A stretch of 64,000 nucleotides of DNA from Phoronis australis. Taxonomy: Eukaryota; Animalia; Phoronida. The position numbers and the translations under genes are program-made. Below are positions 1 through 12,500 of the stretch, in pieces (the first letter of the stretch is position 1; each line of letters opens with the position of its first letter). The notes beneath the pieces were generated by a model. It was not told the DNA's origin. It worked only from the letters and a program-made list of their open reading frames with translations, and did no database searches. The DNA lies in assembly GCA_002633005.1 (NCBI GenBank), contig NMRA01000034.1, forward strand, positions 1,100,783 to 1,164,782, read 5' to 3'.

Positions 1-394
1 TTACATGCACATGCCATTACAGTACAACCGCACTGATGAATCGTTTTATTGGCCACCATTTTGTTGGGGTCCTCTTGTAATGCTCCCAATGATACAGGAG
101 AGACACTGGTCTTTCACTCACGTGATTTAGTGTTGCTTTTTTGTGAGATTCTTGTGTCTACTCAACACACCCCTGGGTTGTGTTCTGTAGACACAAGAAT
201 TTCATCAGTAAAGCTAAGTGTGATTATATGGTTCGCTTGTAATACACGGCAATATCTCGTGAAATCTTGCATGATCTTGCATTTTTTCCCAAAGATTCTT
301 GCGTCTACAGAACACAATCCTGGTTTTAAGGTAATTATGGAATACTGCTACCTGCACAACACTTTCTTCCTCGCGACAATCACAAACAGACCAA

Positions 395-563
395 TCAGAA
401 GATGTTGTTAAACTCGAACAAGATGAACTCTACAATGCTGCTCTGGTACATTAACGAAACAGCCAGGTTGGGCGAATCCTTTTCAGGCCACATGAGGGTG
501 GGGCCGAACACAATGGCCAGGTTGGAGAGACCCATACGGTTCTGGTCCTGGTGTGAGCACACC
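395..563 (-). CDS. RhoGAP last coding exon
   Basis: VCSHQDQNRMGLSNLAIVFGPTLMWPE...FNNIF*. Confidence 0.92.
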
Positions 564-3500
564 CTGCAGGGCAACAGGTGGCAGTTAAACACATGGTTAT
601 GGTCACAGTCACGTAATGAGGTGCATAAGAAGACAGACAGGCAAACAAGTAACTGTATTAAAATCCATTAAAGGAAACTGTGATGTTTAATGTTCCAGCA
701 AATGCAAGGGCCGAAAATACCTTTACTGGCATCTGAATGCTTATTTTGAAAAAAAAAATTGACATTCTGATTGTTTTCGCCATCTTCGACTAACACTGTG
801 TCTACCTAAAATAAAAATTCATCTTTCCGCAGCTTACTCATTGAACAAAAATTTTAATGATTTCTTGAGAACAATGCTTTACACGCTTGCAAGCCATTCT
901 TCATAATATCTATCAAAGTTTGCAAAAGAAACAGAAGGCTAGTTGCTTGTGTGTTTAAAACAGCAAAAGAAAACAGGGTTATTCTGATGTCGACTTACAC
1001 AAGGAGGTGCCTGCACAGTTCCTTCAGTGTGTCGTGACTAGGCCTGGGTAGTACCTGCACTAGACCCTTGATCAACTGCAGCTTGGAGGACCTATCGGGT
1101 TGCTCTGGAAAGGGAACAAACAAGAGAGTTAATTGTAATTATAAGCCAGAAAATCACCAGTTATCAGGCTCATTTGGGCTAGTTACAAAATCCGTTGTGT
1201 GTTGCATAAGCAGATGAAGTCTGGTCACCTCCCACCAAAGCTGGTAATTGTTCATACAGCAAAGACGTCTGGAGCAATGCAGTTGGAGTGCCTTGTTCTT
1301 GGACACAACTACATGACTGGTGACTGATTCGGGAATTGAACCCACGACCTTTCAGTCAGAGTTCAATCACACTTACACTGGAGCCACACAGACACTGGTA
1401 ATAAATCACATTAGATTATTGTAGTTAACTCTTGGGTTTTCAACTGCGGATGCAAAAGAACGATACCCAAAATCTTTTGCACGGATTTTAAATTTAGTTA
1501 CCACCCAGTAAATGATTCAATTAAGCATGTCAAAATCCTTGGGATTTTCTACTTTTGTTACACACAATACTCCATTAGTTGACTCTTTACAAAATCACTG
1601 AATGGGCCATCAAAGTACGAGACGACCAAAATTAGCTCGGTAAGACAAAGGACATCACAATCGCCTCTCCTATCCATAATTAGGTAATACAGTACAATCC
1701 AGTCATATTTTGTGGAATGGGCAATGTGGAGAGATCTACAGGACGGCTGATGCTAGATTTATGTCACTGAGTGGTTGGCCCACCTTCCACGAACTACTCG
1801 TTCCACAAAATTGCTATGGACTGTGTTGTAAACCACACACATTTCAAAATGCATTGCGGTATCAAAGATATATAACTACCAGACAGTAATTTATAAGTAA
1901 TTCATGTGAAAGTCAACTATCAGTTTGGGAATCAAAAAATGTTATTATTCAGAATTCAAAGAAGAAAATACATACTTATTGCACCGATAAAGTTGTCCAA
2001 GAATGTAAAAGGAAACAATGGTTCTTTTAACTCTCGGAAGAACAGCTTGAGGGCACCCGTAAGCACGTGAACGTCTGCGGAAAACTCTGACCTTTCAAGG
2101 TCGTAGGTGTCACCTGAATTAGGAACAGTATTATAAATAACGTATTTTCCTTAAACTCAGATACTTACCATGTAACAATAGCAGTGAAAAAAATTACTCA
2201 CACTTTGCCAAGAAAAACTAAACTTAATTTAAATGCGTTATCAAATAGATTACAAAGAAAATAAGAAGAAAGAAAAACAGAATGGTTAACTTCACCACAA
2301 TGAAATTGAATAAAACAAATCACAGTATATCAAAATGCCAAGGACCAAAATTATTAAAAAAATCCTTGTGAGGGCTAGTGCAAACAATGAAAGGGTCGAT
2401 AAACCATTCCAAGGATGTATTTGAAACCAATTTCAATTCAAACAAACGATAACAACTTAAACACATTACTTAGCAAGAGTAAATAACGCAATGTGAAAAT
2501 TTTAAAATTCAAACATGGTCTGTAGCACCCCTAGTCCTCCCACTCCACAGTCAGGAACATGTCATTCTAATAACAATATCTTAAAAAAACAAATTATTGT
2601 TTTCCAATATTTCAATATGACTGAGCAATGATGTTTTATTTTGCAGTTTCCATTTTATCTGTGTTATCCCAATTTGAATTTTAATGTTCCTGCAATGCAC
2701 TCCAGATATTATGAGTGCATGCATGCCTGTGTGCACGGCAGGACCTCCGGAGAGAACAGTGTGTGCATGGCAGGACCGCCTGGAAGAACAGAGTGCTCAT
2801 TTCCTTACCGTCACTACTAAATGAGGTCGCTGGTTATAAAATCACAAGCAGTGACTTACATTGATCCACAAGGAAGCGCAGCTTCTGTACCTGAGCCAGG
2901 TTGCCACTGACTCTGTATAAGCCATCAATGTCCAAACCTGAATAAAAGAAACTACAAGTCAGCTAGGCAGTTGGAACAAAAATGCAAACTGGATACGGCA
3001 AAAAGTTCTAAAATAAAACTGTACTCATCGACATTAACTTCCAGAGCATTTAAGTTTTGAAACTCATGGGTATTAAAGGAGGAAGAAACCACTTTTGTGT
3101 ACCTTTCCTAAAAATTACAAATCTCTGAGACATTTTCCTTGCTGCGTGCAGTTCCTGTTGCCCTTGGCAACAATAAAAATGTGATGACGATGATGAAACA
3201 AAAGGCCCATATCTTGTTGTGTACGCATTCACTACAAACAAAATGGGCGACACAGACTGAGTGCATTAGCAAGTCAGTCACTGTTTTTGCTTTTTAAGTG
3301 AATGCATACACATATCAAGGTGCTTGTGTCAGCTGGGCTTCATACGACAGTTTCAAATAGTTGTTTCCATGGGCCAGGAGAATAGAACTTATAATCTTAG
3401 CAATATATAACGCGTCATACAGATAATCAGGGATTTGCACTTTGGATGAAGGTCACATAAAAAGATGGTTGCTTCCCCCCTCTAAATTGCTCAGAAAGGT

Positions 3501-6500
3501 TTTTAAGAACAATGAGTTTTGAAAAATTAGGGAAAGCGTTTAGCTTGATGACAGATTCGGTTTGGGAACAATATTTTTTCAGCGGCATTTCACCAACAAA
3601 CATCAAACTGAAGAGCAACACAACATACACTGTGAACTGGTTATCAGTCATGGATGTAAAGCATTCAAGCATGCTGATCACATAACTGTCAAATTGCTTG
3701 AAAACCAAAACTGACGGAGGATCAGAACAAAGCCAACCTTGCCACCAGTGACTAAATTCAAGGTGAACACACACTGGAATCTGAGGAGCAGGATATGTGT
3801 GACTACCACCATACAAAATCTTAGCTCCCCGCAACACACAATTTGTGTAACTTAAGAGTAAAAACAATACAAAAGCCAAATGCTTTATTCAACTATTGCA
3901 ACAGAAAAAACAGACACGAAAGTACAAGTCCTGAAAATTAACCAGAAGAACTACTTTAAGTAAACCCTACCTGACTTACAAAAATTCTAGATGCAGAATA
4001 AATAAACCTCCTATGCTTTACTTCATAACTTCTTGTAAGTTGGCGAGTCAGCAAGAAAGCGAGTGAGTGAGTGACATTTATTTGCCTTCGACATTCAAAT
4101 AAAACCTTGAGCGTTTAGTTATGCATGATGCAGGGCTTGGAATGACCAATGACAAAAACGCGGAAACTTTGAAACTTTTACGGCCCAAATCATGCCCGAT
4201 AACCAGCCTTGAAATGGTCAATGTGAACCCTTCCCCGACAAAAATCGGGAGGACTAAAAAAAAAAAAACGTTACCACCATCAGTAGCATGCGTCTGCGTC
4301 CTTTTAGCTCGCCCGTCCACTCCCAACCCACACATTTTTGGCTGCAGAGCGGTAGTATTTGTCGCCGCGCTTAACAATAACACGAGACACCATTGAAAAT
4401 CCCACCACGCTGTCCCAGATGCCCCGGCAATGTTGACAATTTACGTTCCTCCGAAACATAAAGAGCAATATCAAATCCGATTTTTTTACGCAGAAATACT
4501 ATAAAAAAAGCCGAAAGCACATTTAAAAAAAAGCGGAAATCCGCGTTTCCGCGGAAAATTCCAAGCCCTGATGATGTCATAATCGTGACACAAGGTGCAG
4601 ATGTGAATTCAAACCTTAACACGAGAATTGTTTTGAAAGTCTTTGTTTGTCTTAATACAGCCATCCCTGATTTTAAGGTTTACCTGTTTTAGACATTTTC
4701 CTATCAAGCAGCCTACGGATAGTTAACCAGATATTAAGTAGAACAAGATGAATATCACTGGACCCACCTTTGTTTTCTATGACAGCGATGCACTTCTGGA
4801 CAAACCTGGGAACTGTGGATTTCTCTCTGGCACACAGGTGGTGCAGGTGCGCACCAAAGACACGCTCCTCCTGAAGGATACCCCGTTTTTCTAATGACTC
4901 CATTGTCGGCCGACGTCGGATCATGTCGCGGAGACGCGCACGAATCCGCGATTTCTTCTCCAGCGTATCCATGTCGGGGTCTTCATAGAGGGTGTACGTC
5001 TCTTTTTTGTTGTCTGAAGAGATGAGTTATTCCTGTATACTTTATTATCCCATAGTAATATCAAATCAGATCACAGAAGACAGACAGCTTTTTAAACCGT
5101 TTTCAATCTGACACCAAAAGATACAAGTAAGAATGAAAAATTAGAGTTAGAGAAACATGTGGTAAGCAGACATTCAAAATCATGTTCAATGTTCAGGATT
5201 GTTTAAGGAGTCACAGAGGATTAATTTTGAGTGAAATCGTTCCACATTCAAACTTTTAATGAACAGGTGTTTTCTTTTCCATGCAAAATAATTTGCTGTT
5301 AATACATATAAAGTAGAAAATCATTTCGTTGCTACGGAATTCACAGTCAGTCGTGGCAGGAGAAATAATCTTGACTTTAGTCCTCACTGATATCGACACA
5401 ATATTACTTTCCGTGAGTCAACTATCACATTTGTGAACCACGCCATGACATCAGTGACAGTCACCCGTAACAGAAGTTATGACACGGTAATCAGTCTGAA
5501 TTGCCATCGTGAATATGCTGTTGCATGCAAACAGTTTATTTTTCCTTCCCCCAGAACCCCTTTTAATAACGCGGCTTCCCGTGGTCAGTTTCGGTGAAAC
5601 ACTTTTAAAAACACATTGTTGACAATCTGACGCGGTAGTACTGGGACCTCCGGTATGTTAGTTTTGCACTTGCAAAACTTCACAACAGTAAAAATGGCGG
5701 GAGTGGTCTAAGGACATTTGTCAGAACTATCAATTGAACAGAAACCTCAAGTGTCATGGTAAAAAAATAGAACTACCCATTGTACAGAAACCTTAAGTCT
5801 CATTGTATAAACAGAACTACCCATTGTACAGCAACCTCAAGTCTCATGGTATAAACAGGAATACCCATTCTACAGAAACCTCAAGTCTCATGGTATAAAC
5901 AGAACAACCCATTGTACAGAGACCTCAAGTCTCATGGTATAAAACTCAAGCAGTAATGTTCAACATGATAAGCAGGGGACAACAGACAAAAGAAGATCCA
6001 ACTTTTGGCTGAAGACTCCAGAAACATACCACTGTCCAAAGAATTAATACATTCGAAGCAACACGACATACATTTGATGCTTTCATTTAACATACTTTTG
6101 GAATGTCTGCCTCTGGATGATCTTTGGACAGCAGTCTGAGGCTCGTCCGGTGCTTCAATGACTGGGTGACCTTCCTCCACGGAATCTGGCACATCAGAGT
6201 TCTGAAAGTTAAAAATCATCCAGTTTTCTTGCATAATCAAGAAGTGAATCACAAAACAGACAACTAATATTGCATCGTAAGTGATGCAGTAACAAAGAAA
6301 TTACCCAGCAATACCCGCAGTTTCCCGTCGTATGCTCTACATGCCAATACATAAACAAAAAAATCGTTTTCTGATCAAGACTAATAGTGACCTGTCAAAA
6401 CTCGTCATTTCAGGCAATCTGATCATTAATGCCGCTAGCATTCGGTTGTCATTTTAAGACTTTTTTGTTTAAACAAAACATGAAATGTGCAGTTCACATG

Positions 6501-9500
6501 TTTGATGGATGTGACACAGCTTAAGACCATATGTAACAACAGACAGACAAAACTTGGGCAAAAGTACCGGTGGGTTTTCACCCGCAAATTAGAGTCACAA
6601 AATTGTATCATGTTGGTTAAGGAATCTAAAGTACTCACAAACTGGGCCACTGCTGCAGAGAGGTTCAGATACCATTCATGTATTTTTAAGGCATCATCAC
6701 TTTGTAACAAGTATTGGTTGCCAGGTGTGGATACCTGAAATAATGAAGAAAAATATACATGGTAGTAAGGACTTGGAAAATAATGGATAATTAAATCAAT
6801 TCGGCCTAGGAAATAAGGCAGAAATAAAAAAGTGAAATTTCTTCTTTGCTTTCTCAAGCTAGTTTCTAGAAAATATAACAGTAGTGCTGTCATGAAATCA
6901 CATAGAAGCAAAAACTCTTTAACACTATAAAAAGACAAGACTTGTAGTATTTTCATAAATAGTTTCAGTCCTAAATAGAAGCGACATTACCACAATCTGA
7001 GAATTGGCAAGCAAGTGCAATGAAACCCAAACCGAGCAAAACTGAACTTATGACATGAGGTAAATATGGGAACACATCCGTTATGTATACAGCCTTGTTT
7101 GTAGTGCCATCTATAGTTTATATTAACAGTGGCAGTGATACTAATGCAACCTTTGCTCAATCTAAATTCGAACTGAACATCATACGTGTCTGGACTGACG
7201 AAAACTTATTAAACTACAGCTTTAAATTTAAAGACCAGACACAGAGATGAAGGATAAACCCTGTACCCAGGCCCAAAACATGGTTGAATGGAACCTCAAC
7301 ACTACATTCAGATATTTGGCGCCTGTAACCACCAAGGTTACTAAACTGGAGCCAAACTGACCAATCAAGCCGCATGCTTGGAGTAACCATTCAAACAAAA
7401 ACAATGCACAGTTCAGGTTGATTGTAGAGTTCAGGCTCAAGCAGTCTGTGCACCTGGACGTTCTGAGAATTGAACGCAGCATATTTATGGGTCCAAACAC
7501 AGGATCGTTCCTCCACACTGAGAAATAACTCAGCTGTAATGGCTTGCTTTGCAAATGACACCGTAGAACAGTCTTGCCTGTATAAAGTGTTTCTTGCTGG
7601 ACTTCTCCTTGTCCCCCCACTCCACCTTGCCATTCTGGAGGTCAATCATTGTCTCCGCCTTGCCAAGAGGAGACTTGGGGCTCTGTCAAAACATATGAGT
7701 GTCATTACTTATTGTTGTTACCACAACTGTTTAAAGTACAATAAAATTTCACCAATTTCGGACAAAAATAATTGCAAAAATTACACCTTCTTCATTTTTC
7801 AAGGTCTTGTAACATTGTGAATGCTCACATTTTTTCAAAATAATTTCTGTTGATAGCTATGGTACAAAACTTGAACATGGCAAAGCATTGATTTGATGCG
7901 ACATAATCTTTTATGAAAAATGTCTTGCCCGCCATATTGTGTGAGATTTTACTGTATTACACTCCAGCAGTGGTTTGAGCTGTGGTTTGGGAGACTCAGG
8001 TTCAAATCTTGAATTCATTTGCCAACAGTAGGGCAGCCTATCAACAGTGGTGGTTCTGACTCCTCTGAATTTGGTGTTGGTAGTGGGTGAAATCAAGGCA
8101 ATGAACAAAAACCTGGGTATAATAGGGAATTGAAGTGACTTCCATGGCAACAACACTTTAAAAAGCATAATGTAAAAATAAAATTGCCATCAGGGGCACA
8201 CCGGTAGTCGTTTCCGTCCGAAGATTCGTACGTGCAGTCCCATCCATGAGAAGAACACACAAAATTTCATGAACATAAACCAAAAAGGCTTTTGGATATA
8301 GAGCAGAAGATGCTGGACAGATACCAGACGGACGGGCAGGGATGATGGCATAATGAAAAGATGTTGAATATGGATGGCAAACTCATTACCCCGACGGAGG
8401 CCTTCCTGTCTTTGTAGAAGAGAAGCTGAGACCCATTGAAGACGCAAAATGCATCACACCAATTTTTTCTGAAATAATAAAGTAGACATTTTGAACAAGT
8501 TGAATGAGAAAGCAATGTAAACGCAAGACTGTTACTAGCAATGATAATTAATGTAGCATTCAGGTAATGTTTTGCACATCATTATATGTCACAACAAATA
8601 TCATTCATGCCATTCTAACATGTTACAATGCAAAAAAAGCTAAATTGGTGTCAATCTTTGAGTACATGTTTGTTAATTAGGACAATAAATGTTCACAGGC
8701 TCAAAATTCGATGATTAAAATGGCAAATCTCCCCANCACTCCAGCAGTGGTTTGAGCTGTGGTTTGGGAGACTCAGGTTCAAATCTTGAATTCATTTGCC
8801 AACAGTAGGGCAGCGTATCAACAGTGGTGGTTCTGACTCCTCTGAATTTGGTGTTGGTAGTGGGTGAAATCAAGGCAATGAACAAAAACCTGGGTATAAT
8901 GGGGAATTGAAGTGACTTTCATGGCAACAACACTTTAAGAAGCATAATGTAAAAATAAAATTGCCATTAGGGGCACACCGGTAGTCGTTTCCGTCCGAAG
9001 ATTCGTACATGCAGTCCCATCCATGAAAAGAACACACAAAATTTCATGAACATAAACCAAAAAGGCTTTTGGATATAGAGCAGAAGACGTTGGACAGATA
9101 CCAGACGGACGGGCAGGGATGATGGCATAATGAAAAGATGTTGAATATGGATGGTAAACTCATTACCCCGACGGAGGCCTTCCTGTCTTTGTAGAAGAGA
9201 AGCTGAGACCCGTTGAAGACGCAAAATGTATCACACCAATTTTTTCTGAAATAATAAAGCAGACATTTTGAACAAGTTGAATGAGAAAGCAATGTAAACG
9301 CAAGACTGTTACTAGCAATGATAATTAATGTAGCATTCAGCTAATGTTTTGCATATCATTATATGTCACAACAAATATCATTCATGCCATTCTAACATGT
9401 TACAATGCAAAAAAAGCTAAATTGGTGTCAATCTTTGAGTACATGTTTGTTAATTAGGACAATAAATGTTCACAGGCTCAAAATTCGATGATTAAAATGG

Positions 9501-12500
9501 CAAATCTCCCCACTGAAGAGACACTGAGGTAAATTTCAGGCACTGACAGATATTGCAGTTCTACTAGGTCTATATTTGACAAAACACAATGTTTAATAAA
9601 CCCTATGGTGTACTACAAAACAGGTGCTTCGTGCTTCATAACAACAAGACATGCCATTCCCATTAGCAGCATATAGCCGATAGTAATGTGTGTTACAGTA
9701 CTGAGTAGTCAAACATGAACACCAACCTATGAGTCAGAAACATGAATATCTTTTACAGTGTTTCAGTGTGCTGACATCTATTATGTTATACATACTTCAC
9801 AAATATGTAAGCGTCATTACATACACAAAATCTCATCACCACTTCCTCCTAATAAGACACTCACTTAACCTTCCGTCCGTTTTCTAAAACCTTTGCTCGG
9901 TTGAGATTATCCCGCAGGGACCTTATCTGAAACTAAAGGAAAGATGTGCACATCTTTAACAGTTATGTCACTCTCAAATTCACCAGGCACTGTATTATCA
10001 AAGCAATCGGCAAATGGCAGAATTAGCAAATGCCAGTCATTAAGTTCTGTAGTACTGAGAGTGTACATGTGTAACAAGGAATTAATTTCATCCATGTATA
10101 ATTCAATGGAGGTGTTCCCTTACAGCACGATTCACCAGACTGTGCCACCACACAACAGCAGAAATTAATTGATGCATGATGATCTAAAAACAATAAAAAG
10201 CATTGAGAAATCACAATTGCTCTGAGTGTCCATTCAATCATATGCTGAACAATCGTCCACCTATTACTCTACTGCCATATGGTTACAAAATGACTGAAAA
10301 TAGACGGCGATACAGTACCAGAATATGGCAAGTCGCAAGACAAGACATTCCAGTCAAACTTGAATTCATCTCAATGATGGCTACGCAGATAATCCCATTA
10401 ATAATTTAGTTACATAACAAAGTCAAGACTTGGAAAAAATGACTCACTTCATTCTCTGGCAGAGCCATGACTGCAGCATGACTGACGAGTCCCAACTAAA
10501 TCCAACTGTTTTTAGAATCTATGATTAGGACAGGAAATGGGTGTAGAAATAGAAATGTGAATAATGGAATCTAATGGAGAAATAAATGTCGCAGACCTAA
10601 TCTAAAGCTAGTTGAACATTTCCTAAAGTAATTACAATAAGCTCAAATTCAGCCTCAGACAAACTGGACTAAAACACTCAAAATTAAAGGTTTCCCAGGC
10701 ATGTGTTATTCAGTCGTTCAGCTCTTATTATATCTGGACGCACCAGCATGTTAGCGCAATCTTCCTAATAAATATTAAAAATAAACAACCACACAAAGGG
10801 TGACCCGAAAGACCTAAATCGATAAACTTTTGCGTAAAACCTTTAATTCCAATTCTCTTGGTAGTAACAGAACAAAAACTCCATGCAATCTGACTTGTAT
10901 GGCTAAAACTGAATTGTCAAATTGACAACCACCCTCAAACTTGAGAAAAATAATCTAATTTACACAGGACTTAGTTCAATTTGGGGTGCTTCAGTTTTTT
11001 TTGGTGACCCCGTTTAGAAGGATGTAGAAAGTACCAAAATAATTTCACACGCTACTTTTAAACCTTCCAAACGAAAACATACAATTAATAGCTAAAATGC
11101 CCATTAATAACACTGCCATAAAATCTGTGTGCCAGAACCCTGAAATAGGAGCAAGTCAAATTATTTTAGCTGACATAACAAACAGCTTGTATGAATAGAA
11201 CTTTGTTAATCAAAAAGGATGATGTTTATAAGAATGCCTTCATGGAACGTCGAGGAAGATTATCTACCAAGTCTGTTCTTTCAAACATCCATGGCACAAT
11301 GTACTACGTACCTGCATCGGTGGCGAACTGGCTCGTTTTGACTCCCGCTTTAAGCTTTCCTGAAATAAGCAATTTCAGGAACTAGAGTTGACATACAGAA
11401 TCATGGTCAAAGCATTAGACAGCACTGAACACTGCGACGCGTAAAAACTAATGGAAATACAACTCAAGTTAGTGATACTCATGAAATCTGAAGAGCTGAA
11501 TATAACAAGTTGGGATCAGCACAACACTTGGGTGATTGGGTATATTTGACAATCACTTGACTAATAATTTAATGTCCCTAAAACATGCAAATGCTTAGTA
11601 CTCTATGTTAGGCAAAATGCTGTAGAATGAGGAGTGATGTGGCCAACAGATGGCGTGCTGGACAAACTTAACGTGTTTGCAACATATTTTCCACGTCATA
11701 TTCAGAGTGACATATTCGTGTATACACGCAGAAAATAGTCAAGGAATTTCTTACTTTATAGAAAGCGCCAGGGCATAGATTAGTGAATGGCAACATTTTT
11801 AACTTAAAAGTTAGTAGTGTACTCAAAATATAAGCCTGCTGGGCAAACGTTTTGATACGGGAGGGGGGAGATGGAATAAGGACCTATAACAGTAGTTAAA
11901 AGTCAGAGTTCATGGTGTCAGAAATGTGTTGAATTTAATATGTCCCGTTTTTCATAAGACTTCTTTTTATTTGAGATTCATTGGCACTGTTCAATTTAGG
12001 AAGCTACAAATCATAAAAAAACTTTTTGTGGCTCAGTTAGTAGGGCCATGGGCGTATATTCTTAAAATGGGCTTATATTTGGGAGAGGGGCTGCTTGCAG
12101 AAATTCCTGGTACACTTAATGCAAAACTGACAACATGGCACAATGAAAACGTCGACAGCCAACCAAACCCACTAGTTCACACAAAGCACAGGTCACTTTT
12201 TTCCGACCAGTTGGCAACAAGTCGGAGAGAACTGCGGACAAACATTAGCAAACTGATCATATTGGTGCTGTCTGACCTCAAGTGGCCAAATTAATACTGT
12301 TCCTGGTTCAAGAACTTGCCCTCGGCAGTTCAAAGCAAAAAACACACATATGTATATCTTCACATACATTACAGGACTATTCTCAACGTAAAATTGTATT
12401 AACTTATCAATAAGAAAAATTCAGCTCAAATCTATTCTTTCCTTGCTGCAGTACAGTAGATGAAATTTGAAAAACGGCAAGTTGCAAATTATCAACACAA

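Larger units (their letters stand above)
7960..9512. repeat. Tandem duplication of 776 bp joined by a single N (8736)
   Basis: 7960-8735 matches 8737-9512 with scattered substitutions. Confidence 0.92.

Noticed and set aside
1325-1390. tRNA gene
   Set aside because: A and B boxes are present but I could not form an acceptor stem, and it continues into a CORE-like body; it is a SINE head.
5740-5944. CRISPR-like regularly spaced repeats
   Set aside because: Whole units repeat with no unique spacers, there are no cas genes, and it lies in a eukaryotic intron; it is a minisatellite.
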